IMG/VR virus record: IMGVR_UViG_3300028376_000003
Coordinates: 1-64,000 of that record
Direction: 5' to 3' (one strand)
From: a virus
DNA length: 64,000 bases
Shown: positions 49,560-58,805 of the stretch, one piece after another
How the letters are laid out: each line of letters begins with the position of its first letter
Numbering within the stretch: the stretch's first letter is position 1
The notes under the pieces: model-generated
What the model saw: only the letters and a program-made list of their open reading frames with translations
Database searches by the model: none
Told to the model about the DNA's origin: nothing
Position numbers and translations under genes: made by a program

Positions 49560-52244
49560 ATGGCTAAAACACCTCTTTATAAATCATTAAAACAAAATGG
49601 TACAACATTTTATGCTTTTCCTGGAGCAGCAGAAGACATAAGTGCTGCATACCAAAACAGTAATTATAAAATGTACTTTTCTAAGTATACTTTGCTTAAT
49701 CTACCAAAACAAGATACTACATCCACATCTAGTCCTAATTATTTTGACTTTGATGTGTTTTCAAAATCCACTGGTGCTAACCCACCTGCCACATATGGTG
49801 AGTCAATTGTTGAATCTCTAAGAAATTATGTTGCTAATCAAGAGGTAACTATAAGAGAGTCAAGACTCAATAATACAGAATACTATTATAATAATGAATC
49901 ATTGGAGACTACCTCTGAAAAGATATTCTGGAAATGGTGTAAAAAATTGAATATACTACAATTAGAACCAGCCTTACCAAGTGATGAATATTTTAGTAAT
50001 TTAACAGAATTTGAATCTAGGGATATAAATAATGATGAATACTTTCCAGAGTATTTGTGGAAAGAAAGAGAAATAATAGATTGGGACACAGTCACATATA
50101 GACAAACAGAAGATACAGATTTTAACTTACCACCAAGGTTAGAAATACAATTTAATGGTACGACTAATTTAATAGAAGGTGATGTTATAAACATATACAA
50201 TGTGTCTAATTCTGAAATACTAAATGAAGTAAGCCTATCTGATGCTGACACAGAGCAAGGTGTTAATACAAAAATATTAAAAAGTTTTCCTAGCACTGGT
50301 ACTGTTGGACAAAGAATAATTGTTGATTTAGAGTCTACTTTAAGTGATACATTAGAAACTACTGGTCAAGCTAGATTAGTTTATAATAGGCTTGTTCAAT
50401 ATGTTGGAGAAATAAATGGAGTATCCAATGTACAAGAAGCTAATAGGTCTTATACAGAGGTTTATGCTCATATACCAGACCACACAGGAAAGACTCCCGA
50501 TGTTTTATTCAGAACTCTATCTGATGAGAATTATAAACCAAATGTAACTTTTCCAATAATACCTAATCAGTACCAACCAGAGATAAGAGGTGCCGAACTT
50601 TTCAACTCACCAATAGTAAGTTCTAACCAAAACTACCCAGGTGGATATTTTGGACAATTTGATACACTAGATTTTACATACAGAACATCAAATGGTGATT
50701 CTCTAAGAAGGAATGGAGATTACTATGGTGTTAAGGGTGATATAAATAATCCAGTTATTGATAATACTAAAATTGACGGTGTTACTTTGGACTTTGACAC
50801 TAGTCATTATGTCAAAATGAATATACCCAACAGAACTGTTAGTAATTTTGATCAGTTTAATGCACTTAATGTTAATAACGAACCACCTAGAGATTTTGAA
50901 TTTAATGCAATTTTATGGTACTATTCAGTAGAGGATAATAATGGTAATACAACTACCAACTTATACGGTATATCATTTTTAGATAATCCTAGCAATAGCT
51001 TGAGTGGTGATAAGGATATTAAGTTCCCTGCTATTAAAAAATTAGTAGCTAATGGGGAGCAAGATGGTACATCATATGCATTTAACTTAAGTCTTAATTT
51101 TAATATAATAAATGATAACCCAACCGAAACTTATAATCCAGAAGCTATAAATTCTATGTTTAGTATGAATTTATTCAATAAAGCTATGCAATCCTTATCA
51201 TCTACTAATGATAGCTTCTTAAAGACAATTGCAGAACAATCTTTTGTTAGAGATGAACTAAATTCATTGAAAGGTCTTTTATATACACAGACTGATTTGA
51301 ATACTATAAATACAAAAATAAGTAGTTTAGAAAAGTTATTAAGTTTATATACTACGAACCAAATCGAAAACAGTAGTAGTATTGAGGTTGTTGAGATGCC
51401 TGGTAATCCCCCAACGTTTCAATTAATAAATGTTGATAATAAATACGATAAAGTAGACAATATATTATCTAGTGAATTATACACACAAGATGGTATAGTT
51501 TCAACAAGTTTATTAGTTCCTAGAAATAGAGACTTTCTTATAAATATTAAAAATGATGACAAAATACAACTAAACCTAGATAATAATGATAAACTTACTA
51601 TTATCTTAGATAAAGATTTATCACTTATGCAAACTTTAGATATTAATATTACAGGGACTGTAGAATCTACACAAAATAAAAAGCTAGATATATTTATGGT
51701 ATCAAATGCTGGATCTAATAATAATGAACAAACTGAGACACTTTTAATTGGGGGTATTAATTTACCAGTATATTATAATTCTAATACAGAACTTCCGAAT
51801 TCTTCTTATCTATGGGATGGATTTGATTTTAATATAGATTTTAGTAAACCCATAACACTTATATCAGATAACCTTATTCAACTATCATTAGAAGAAAATC
51901 CTATATTAGTGAAAAATTCTTTAAATACTGGTGATTCATTACTTCTTAATAATTTATTTTTTGGAGAGGAATCTATTTTTGATTACTCTGGTCAGTATAT
52001 TTTAAATTCAATATCTGGTAATGAAATAGTTATTGATATTAGTTCTAATAATGATTTAGTAAGTACTTATATAGGTCAATCACCATTTGTAATACATAAT
52101 CCAACTCACGTTCCACCTTCTACTTTATTGAGTAATAAACCTTATTTTTCACTAAATAAAGGTTCTAGTATAAAAGTTACTAGAGTCAGTAACTCAGATG
52201 AATTAAATGAAAGGTATCAAATTAGCATCAATAGATTAAATTAA
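49560..52244 (+). CDS. Large virion structural protein
   Basis: 894 aa, N/S/T-rich beta composition, central coiled coil, late box at 49525-49532. Confidence 0.6.
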   Translation: MAKTPLYKSLKQNGTTFYAFPGAAEDISAAYQNSNYKMYFSKYTLLNLPKQDTTSTSSPNYFDFDVFSKSTGANPPATYGESIVESLRNYVANQEVTIRESRLNNTEYYYNNESLETTSEKIFWKWCKKLNILQLEPALPSDEYFSNLTEFESRDINNDEYFPEYLWKEREIIDWDTVTYRQTEDTDFNLPPRLEIQFNGTTNLIEGDVINIYNVSNSEILNEVSLSDADTEQGVNTKILKSFPSTGTVGQRIIVDLESTLSDTLETTGQARLVYNRLVQYVGEINGVSNVQEANRSYTEVYAHIPDHTGKTPDVLFRTLSDENYKPNVTFPIIPNQYQPEIRGAELFNSPIVSSNQNYPGGYFGQFDTLDFTYRTSNGDSLRRNGDYYGVKGDINNPVIDNTKIDGVTLDFDTSHYVKMNIPNRTVSNFDQFNALNVNNEPPRDFEFNAILWYYSVEDNNGNTTTNLYGISFLDNPSNSLSGDKDIKFPAIKKLVANGEQDGTSYAFNLSLNFNIINDNPTETYNPEAINSMFSMNLFNKAMQSLSSTNDSFLKTIAEQSFVRDELNSLKGLLYTQTDLNTINTKISSLEKLLSLYTTNQIENSSSIEVVEMPGNPPTFQLINVDNKYDKVDNILSSELYTQDGIVSTSLLVPRNRDFLINIKNDDKIQLNLDNNDKLTIILDKDLSLMQTLDINITGTVESTQNKKLDIFMVSNAGSNNNEQTETLLIGGINLPVYYNSNTELPNSSYLWDGFDFNIDFSKPITLISDNLIQLSLEENPILVKNSLNTGDSLLLNNLFFGEESIFDYSGQYILNSISGNEIVIDISSNNDLVSTYIGQSPFVIHNPTHVPPSTLLSNKPYFSLNKGSSIKVTRVSNSDELNERYQISINRLN

Positions 52245-52283
52245 GTTTCTGATTTTAATATATAAATAAACAAAAGTGATATT

Positions 52284-53108
52284 ATGAGTGTATGTGGAAA
52301 TTCTTTATTTGATAATGGCTTTAATTATATAAAGCTTAATAAAAGCGACTTTGTTGCTGTTGAAGAATCTAATACTATGGAACGCCTTATGTTATCTGGG
52401 TTAAGAATACCATATACACAAATATTGAAAGGTAAAATAATACTGAAAAAAGGAGAACAGAATTATTTACTCAATCATTTAGGATTGGGTGATAATGTTA
52501 CATTTTTAGCTATGAAAGTTATCTATGACTTCAAATCTGTAATAAAAGAAGATAACTACTTAACATGGAGTCCTTACGATAATTTGGAATATGAAGGTGT
52601 TGTTTCAGAGATGATGGTACTTACTGGTAATACAACTAAACGTATACCACAATTATTTATATCAAATCCAAATGAAAAATATAGTGTTAGGTTAGAAGTT
52701 ATGTTAGCCATTATTGATGATGAATCTTCTTTCTTTGATTATAGACCAGTTGTGTATTTCACAAATATAGTAGATGTTATAAACATGGAATATATAGATG
52801 CTAATAGTCCAGATGTTGTAAAACCTTATAATACAGCTGTTGCTGATGAATTCCAATATATTGACTCTTTTATTAGTGATGTCACTAAAGGAACATTAGT
52901 TAGTAATATTGTGAATGATGTTAGAGATTCTAATAACAATTCCTTTATCTACACAGATGATAATTTTATTCTTAAAAATAACATTGGAGAAGAAATAGAT
53001 ACAATAGATTCTGCTGGTGAATATTACCTTACATTTAATATTACTGATAGTCTAGGAAATTCTTTAAAACCAGTAAAGAGTGTAAAAATAACTTTTACTG
53101 ATGATTAA
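52284..53108 (+). CDS. Putative structural protein with C-terminal Ig-like domain
   Basis: Ends GEYYLTFNITDSLGN; late box at 52257-52264. Confidence 0.55.
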   Translation: MSVCGNSLFDNGFNYIKLNKSDFVAVEESNTMERLMLSGLRIPYTQILKGKIILKKGEQNYLLNHLGLGDNVTFLAMKVIYDFKSVIKEDNYLTWSPYDNLEYEGVVSEMMVLTGNTTKRIPQLFISNPNEKYSVRLEVMLAIIDDESSFFDYRPVVYFTNIVDVINMEYIDANSPDVVKPYNTAVADEFQYIDSFISDVTKGTLVSNIVNDVRDSNNNSFIYTDDNFILKNNIGEEIDTIDSAGEYYLTFNITDSLGNSLKPVKSVKITFTDD

Positions 53109-53841
53109 AAAGTTTAACGAATATTATAAGTACAAAGGATTATCAGAATCTTTAGTACAGACAGAAATAAGTAAAGCTGGTAAAGGCGTTTTTAAGTCGT
53201 TTTTAAAGACTTTAACTGCTTTAGGTTACAAAGACATATCTCAAGACTATAAACACTCTAAGGATGGCTTTATAGCCTATTTTGAACAAGAAGAAGTAAG
53301 TTCTTTTGAGGCAAGGACTATATTTAAAAGATTTAAGTCATTAACACAGTATATCGGTTTAATTGATGGTTCTAAGGATAAATTAAAAATGTTCTTTGGT
53401 ATTAAAAATTCGGCTAAATTGGAATACGGCATATCTTATGAGGATAAACTATTACCAATAGGTAGTTTTAAATTGTCTAATTCCACTATAAAATGGGTGC
53501 TTGGTCTAGACTCCAAGTCTTCAAGTTCTTTTAAAAAACTAATTGTTAATATATCATATAATGATTTACTTACTTTTGGTAGAATAAAAGAAGATATGAG
53601 GGATTATAAGCCTGGATTCTATAGCAAAAGGTCTTATCCAACTATAAGTGATAATGTTATAACATTTGGATATAAAGGTTTTGGTGAATGGGTTAATGGT
53701 AATTTTAGTGATGAACAGTTGAAAGAATTAAAGTCTAATCTAAAAAAATGGATGTCTAATAAAAAATGGAAGAGCAAGGTAATGATTAAATTAGATACTA
53801 GTAATTTCTGGATTAACATTCATTTTAAGACAAAAAATTAA
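53101..53841 (+). CDS. Basic protein with MIKKFNEY leader
   Basis: Shared leader; overlaps the upstream stop. Confidence 0.6.
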   Translation: MIKKFNEYYKYKGLSESLVQTEISKAGKGVFKSFLKTLTALGYKDISQDYKHSKDGFIAYFEQEEVSSFEARTIFKRFKSLTQYIGLIDGSKDKLKMFFGIKNSAKLEYGISYEDKLLPIGSFKLSNSTIKWVLGLDSKSSSSFKKLIVNISYNDLLTFGRIKEDMRDYKPGFYSKRSYPTISDNVITFGYKGFGEWVNGNFSDEQLKELKSNLKKWMSNKKWKSKVMIKLDTSNFWINIHFKTKN

Positions 53842-53853
53842 TTATATTATTAT

Positions 53854-53877
53854 TATATCATGATGTTGCATGTTTTT
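53854..53877 (+). repeat. 24-bp intergenic element TATATCATGATGTTGCATGTTTTT
   Basis: Exact inverted copy at 11470-11493. Confidence 0.8.
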
Positions 53878-53932
53878 AAACTATTTCTAACTAAAACATT
53901 AAAAGGAGATGTGTATAGAAAATATATAATAC

Positions 53933-54259
53933 ATGTACGTATATTTAATATCATCCGAAATAAATAATGAAAAATTATATAAAATAGGAATCACTCGTAG
54001 AGAAGTCAAAAAAAGGTTGAAAGAACTAAAAACTGGTAATCCAGCTAGTTTAAAAATAGTTGAAATATTTGAATCAGAGTATGGTACTAAGATAGAATCG
54101 CAAATACATAGATTATACTCATTTAAAAAAATAGGTGGGGAATGGTTTGAACTAGAAAATGAAGACATTGTTAATTTTATATCTATTTGTAAGAAAATTG
54201 AACATAATTTAAAACTTTTAAGTAATAATACATATATAGTAGACAGAGGATATATTTAA
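53933..54259 (+). CDS. GIY-YIG (T5orf172-like) nuclease domain protein
   Basis: YVYLI...YKIGIT...RLKELKTGNP...IE..IH...GEWF. Confidence 0.85.
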   Translation: MYVYLISSEINNEKLYKIGITRREVKKRLKELKTGNPASLKIVEIFESEYGTKIESQIHRLYSFKKIGGEWFELENEDIVNFISICKKIEHNLKLLSNNTYIVDRGYI

Positions 54260-54273
54260 AAACAAATGTAAAT

Positions 54274-54534
54274 ATGCAAACAATTAAAGAAAATGCAATA
54301 AGGAATTACGTATCCGACATAGATTTCAAGTCAGAAAACTGGTCTTTGAAATCTATAAAAGAAGATTTAAGAAAATTTCTAGGAGAAGAACCTGCTATAG
54401 ATGTAATATACGTAAAAGATGTAATGATTAACGAAGCTACAAACAAATCAGTTGAGTTCTTGAATGTAGATAAGGTAGAAATAATATTCTATGATACGGA
54501 TGAAAAGTTTAAAAAAATAACAATAAAACCTTAA
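54274..54534 (+). CDS. Hypothetical protein
   Basis: Operonic ORF. Confidence 0.6.
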   Translation: MQTIKENAIRNYVSDIDFKSENWSLKSIKEDLRKFLGEEPAIDVIYVKDVMINEATNKSVEFLNVDKVEIIFYDTDEKFKKITIKP

Positions 54535-54538
54535 ATAC

Positions 54539-54778
54539 ATGACATCATTCAATAACAACCATAGCGACTATTATCTAGATATTAAAAAAGTATTAAAAAT
54601 AAGAAATATTAAAAAGTTTGAAATGATAAACACTTATTATAGAGATGCTTTAATGTGTTATGACCAAGGCCTTAATAAACAGGCAGACTCCTTGTTTAAA
54701 ACTTTGATTATAGGGGGCTATCTAAGAAGTTATGATAAAGATGTTAGGGATGAAAAATTAAAAACATTAAAAGAGTGA
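54539..54778 (+). CDS. Hypothetical protein with C-terminal RDEKLKTL motif
   Basis: Operonic ORF; shared motif. Confidence 0.55.
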   Translation: MTSFNNNHSDYYLDIKKVLKIRNIKKFEMINTYYRDALMCYDQGLNKQADSLFKTLIIGGYLRSYDKDVRDEKLKTLKE

Positions 54779-55110
54779 GTGATATAAAAAATAAAATATC
54801 AATAAATATAATAGATTATCTAGGAAAACATGAGGGTGGAGTAATAACTTTGCTATCTTTGGGTCTTGATGGAACATTCTATGAAGCTACCTTTTTCTAT
54901 ACAGAAGATTTATTAGTATTAACACCAGATAAAGAATTAGAGAAAGAGCTTGAATGTGATATAGAAGATTATGAAGGCTACACTGAACTTATGATTAGTA
55001 TTATTAAGAAAGTAGTACCGTATGATGAGATAATAAATATAGTTGATGATTTCGAACCTAACAAATACGACATCTATTTAGATAAAAACAACAAAGAAGA
55101 TAAAAAGTAA
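54775..55110 (+). CDS. Hypothetical acidic protein
   Basis: GTG start overlapping the upstream stop. Confidence 0.55.
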   Translation: MSDIKNKISINIIDYLGKHEGGVITLLSLGLDGTFYEATFFYTEDLLVLTPDKELEKELECDIEDYEGYTELMISIIKKVVPYDEIINIVDDFEPNKYDIYLDKNNKEDKK

Positions 55111-55129
55111 TAATTTAAAATTTTAAAAA

Positions 55130-56827
55130 ATGCTTATAAGCGAAATTGGTATAAAGGGTTATAAATCTTTTGGTAATAATGAACAAGTTCTAAATCTATC
55201 AACTGATGAGGGAAAATTAATCCTATTGACAGGGAACAACGGACATGGTAAATCATCTCTTTTGGAGAGTTTTGAATATACATTATATGGAAAAGTTAAA
55301 TCAAACAAAGCTAAGAAATGGTACAAGTTAGGGACATTACCAAATAGAATAAATGGTGAGTTATTGAACAGAATAAAATTCAAATCAGAAGGAGTTGATG
55401 TTGAAGTCAAAAGAGGTATATCACCAAATAAATTAGAGTTGTGGGAAAATGGTGTCTTAAATGAGAGGGCTGGAAAGGGAAATATAAACGATAAAATAGA
55501 AGAATATGTTGGGGTTGATATAGAAACTTTTAAATCATTTATTTCAATGTCTATCAATGATTTTAAAAACTTCATATCTTTAACAAAGGAAGAAAAGCAA
55601 CTATTATTAGATAAACTATTTAACCTAGAAGTTATTAATATCCTAAATGGTATCCTAAAGGAACTAAATAAGGTTAATAAAAATAAAATAACGTCCTTAG
55701 ATTCTGAAATATCTACATTAGAACAGTCTATAGATTCCATAAAAAAGTCAATAAAAAAATCATTGGAACGAGAGAAAGAAAATTTACAATCAGATATTGA
55801 TAGCATCACAAATGAAGCAAACTCTAAGAAGGAAGAATATACTTTATTAAAATCTAAAGTATCTAAAATACAAGATAAAGATTCTATTTTGTCTAAAGAA
55901 TTAGATTCTGAAAATAGACAACTTATAAATACAAACAATGACATCAGAAACGTCCAGAAAGAAATAAACTTATATAACTCTGGAAAATGCCCAACATGTG
56001 CCACTGATTTTAACTCTGAGAAATTTCTAGATCTTAAATCATCTTTATTAGAGAAAAAGAAAGGATATGATGCCATTGCTATTGAAATAAAAGAAAATAT
56101 ACAATCTTTAAAAAATAAGAAAACTAAATTAGATGGCATATCCAATTCAACTAGTGAGTCTTTTAATGATTTGAAATACCTTCTTAAAAATTATAAAACA
56201 AAGATTGATGATTTTAAATCTAAACAAAAGGCAAACTTAAAAGAAGAAGACACATCTAACATATCTGAGTTTAAAGAAACCATTAAGGAACTTAGTAAGA
56301 AGAAAGAAAAGAGTTCAGAAGAAATAACTAGTAATAAAGAAAAAGAACTTTATTACAAAGAGTTAAATAGAATACTTAGCGAAGATGGTGTTAAGAAATC
56401 TATAATAACAAATATAATAAAACCTATAAATCATTTCATAGGAGAGAATATTAAAAAAATGAATCTAAACTTTGAAGTTAGATTAGATGAAACATTTACA
56501 GCAGAGATAAAATCATTGGGAGCAATTGTTGATCACGATTCTCTATCTACTGGGGAAACAAAGAAAATAAATATATGTATTTTAATTGCTTACTTAAAAC
56601 TTATAAGAACTAAAAAACATATTAACATTCTTTTCCTAGATGAGGTGTTCTCTTCATTAGACTTAGAGGGCATAGATTCTATACTACTATTGCTTAAATC
56701 GTTTGCAAATGACTATAACATTAATATATTCGTAGTCCACCATGCTATACTAAGCCAAGAAATGTTTGATAATATAATACAAATAAATAAAGACATTTTT
56801 TCTAGTATAGAAGAACTAGAATATTAA
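55130..56827 (+). CDS. SbcC/Rad50/T4 gp46-like recombination ATPase
   Basis: Walker A GNNGHGKS, coiled coils, zinc hook CPTC, signature LSTGE, Walker B FLDEVF. Confidence 0.92.
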   Translation: MLISEIGIKGYKSFGNNEQVLNLSTDEGKLILLTGNNGHGKSSLLESFEYTLYGKVKSNKAKKWYKLGTLPNRINGELLNRIKFKSEGVDVEVKRGISPNKLELWENGVLNERAGKGNINDKIEEYVGVDIETFKSFISMSINDFKNFISLTKEEKQLLLDKLFNLEVINILNGILKELNKVNKNKITSLDSEISTLEQSIDSIKKSIKKSLEREKENLQSDIDSITNEANSKKEEYTLLKSKVSKIQDKDSILSKELDSENRQLINTNNDIRNVQKEINLYNSGKCPTCATDFNSEKFLDLKSSLLEKKKGYDAIAIEIKENIQSLKNKKTKLDGISNSTSESFNDLKYLLKNYKTKIDDFKSKQKANLKEEDTSNISEFKETIKELSKKKEKSSEEITSNKEKELYYKELNRILSEDGVKKSIITNIIKPINHFIGENIKKMNLNFEVRLDETFTAEIKSLGAIVDHDSLSTGETKKINICILIAYLKLIRTKKHINILFLDEVFSSLDLEGIDSILLLLKSFANDYNINIFVVHHAILSQEMFDNIIQINKDIFSSIEELEY

Positions 56828-56851
56828 ATAGATAAGTATTGAGTAACTATA
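56818..56851 (+). repeat. 34-bp direct repeat, left copy
   Basis: AGAATATTAAATAGATAAGTATTGAGTAACTATA; 31/34 identical to 57662-57695. Confidence 0.9.
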
Positions 56852-56895
56852 CATTGTTGTATGTCTAGTATGATTTAATAATAAAAAAACTTTGG

Positions 56896-57675
56896 ATGAA
56901 GACGAATAATAATATCTTCTTGAATGATGACAAAATGGTTGATGATGGGAAGACAAATAACCTATTATGGTTTGGTAACTGCTTGGAAGAAATGAAACGA
57001 ATACCAGACAAGAGTATTGATTTTATTTGTTGTGATTTACCTTATGGTATGACCGCACCTAAATGGGATGAGATAATACCCTCTGATAAACTTTGGGAGC
57101 AATACAATAGAATTATATCCAAAAACGGTACAATAGCCTTATTTGCTTCCCAGCCCTTTACAACGAAAATAATAAGTAGCAACGAAAAGGATTATAGATA
57201 TGTTTGGTATTGGGTAAAAAATCAAGCAACAAACTTTTTTCACGCAAAACGTATGCCTACAAGAAAAGTTGAAGAGATTGTTATTTTCAAAAAGGGAAAA
57301 TATTACCCACAAATAACAGAAGGACACGAACCGACAAATAGTGCGAAAGGATGCTCTAATGGAACAGCCTATCACGGGACTAATAAGAGAGATTATAAAG
57401 GTGGAAAAACAACAAGATATCCAACTAATTTACTTGAATTTAAGTGTGTTGATAATTATAGTAGAATACACTCTTCCCAAAAACCAATAGACTTGATAAA
57501 ATACTTAATTGAAACATATACTGATAAAAAAGATACTGTTTTAGACAATACTTGTGGAAGTGATACAACAGGAATTGCAAGCTTTGAACTTGGTAGGAAT
57601 AGTATAAGTATTGAGAATAATTTGTCTATTTATAACCTTGCTATAAAAAGAAGGAAAGAAAAGAATATTAAATAG
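56896..57675 (+). CDS. Beta-class N6A/N4C DNA methyltransferase (orphan)
   Basis: Motif IV CDLPYG, then HSSQKP and motif I VLDNTCGSDTT. Confidence 0.85.
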   Translation: MKTNNNIFLNDDKMVDDGKTNNLLWFGNCLEEMKRIPDKSIDFICCDLPYGMTAPKWDEIIPSDKLWEQYNRIISKNGTIALFASQPFTTKIISSNEKDYRYVWYWVKNQATNFFHAKRMPTRKVEEIVIFKKGKYYPQITEGHEPTNSAKGCSNGTAYHGTNKRDYKGGKTTRYPTNLLEFKCVDNYSRIHSSQKPIDLIKYLIETYTDKKDTVLDNTCGSDTTGIASFELGRNSISIENNLSIYNLAIKRRKEKNIK

Positions 57676-57695
57676 ATAAGTAATGAGTGACTACA
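57662..57695 (+). repeat. 34-bp direct repeat, right copy
   Basis: AGAATATTAAATAGATAAGTAATGAGTGACTACA. Confidence 0.9.
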
Positions 57696-58093
57696 AATAT
57701 ATAAATAAGATAATGATTACAGATAATCTATATAATCTAGATTATCTCAATACTTTACACACAGGAGAAGGTATATCTATGGACTTTTGGTCAAAATCGT
57801 TTTATAATAATTATAATAACAAATATAAACAATATAACTTATTAAGAGACAAGGTTATAAGAGAAACAAATGATTCATCTGATAAGACAATTATTATTCA
57901 GAACAAAAATACAAAAGGATTAAAATATATAAGCAATTTGTATATTAATCTTAAAAAAAATCCTAGATGGGTAGATAATATTGTTAGTATAGAGATGTTA
58001 TCGTTAAATGTTCCTAGTGAAGTATTAAGTGATTTTGTTGCTTTAACTAATTATACAATTAAGAAAATAGAAAACTATTTATATCAGGCATGA
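57683..58093 (+). CDS. Hypothetical protein
   Basis: Starts inside the right repeat; coupled to the DnaJ gene. Confidence 0.6.
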   Translation: MSDYKYINKIMITDNLYNLDYLNTLHTGEGISMDFWSKSFYNNYNNKYKQYNLLRDKVIRETNDSSDKTIIIQNKNTKGLKYISNLYINLKKNPRWVDNIVSIEMLSLNVPSEVLSDFVALTNYTIKKIENYLYQA

Positions 58094-58800
58094 ATAAACA
58101 CTTAAACTATTATTCTGTATTAGAAGTAAGTCATTTATCGAGTGATAAGGAAATAAAAAAAAGCTATCATAAACTTTCATTTAAATATCATCCTGATAGG
58201 AACAAGGATATTGATCCCACTCTTTTTAATGCAATAACAGATGCTTATAAAGTACTTTCTGATAATAACAAGAGAGTGGAATATGATAATCAATCAATAT
58301 ATGGCAAAGACTATAATGAGGAACTTGAAATGTTCGATGTTGATTATGACTTTGATTATGACAAGAGTAAGCAGAAATTAGAAGATTTTAAAAACAACCA
58401 AGTAAATAATATACAAATAGAGGTTGATGATAGTTTTAGTGGTAATCTAAAATATGAGAGATGGATTAGATGTAAGACTTGTGATGGTAATGGCAAAGAT
58501 TTGAATTCTAAGATAGAAATAAAAGATAATAAAGGAAAGGTCATTAGAACATTCGATCCTGATGATGGTTGTGATTTCTGTGAAGGTACTGGGAAAGAAT
58601 ATAATGGACAACCATGTTCTTTTTGTTTTGGTAAAGGTCAAGTTGGTCTAAATAGATGTGGAAAGTGTAAAGGTGAAGGAAGAATTTTTGGTCTACAAAA
58701 AGCCAATATTAAACTAAGTGGTGAAATAACTAAATTTAACTCTATGGGTCATTTTTCTAAATCTGGTAAAGTTGGATATTTATTAGTTATCAAAAAGTAA
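58090..58800 (+). CDS. DnaJ-like co-chaperone (J domain plus zinc finger)
   Basis: KYHPD; four CxxCxGxG repeats. Confidence 0.9.
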   Translation: MNKHLNYYSVLEVSHLSSDKEIKKSYHKLSFKYHPDRNKDIDPTLFNAITDAYKVLSDNNKRVEYDNQSIYGKDYNEELEMFDVDYDFDYDKSKQKLEDFKNNQVNNIQIEVDDSFSGNLKYERWIRCKTCDGNGKDLNSKIEIKDNKGKVIRTFDPDDGCDFCEGTGKEYNGQPCSFCFGKGQVGLNRCGKCKGEGRIFGLQKANIKLSGEITKFNSMGHFSKSGKVGYLLVIKK

Positions 58801-58805
58801 TAAAA

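Noticed and set aside
55159-56145. 328-aa antisense ORF
   Set aside because: Shadow of the sbcC coiled-coil region; F/L/S-rich mirror composition with no motifs.
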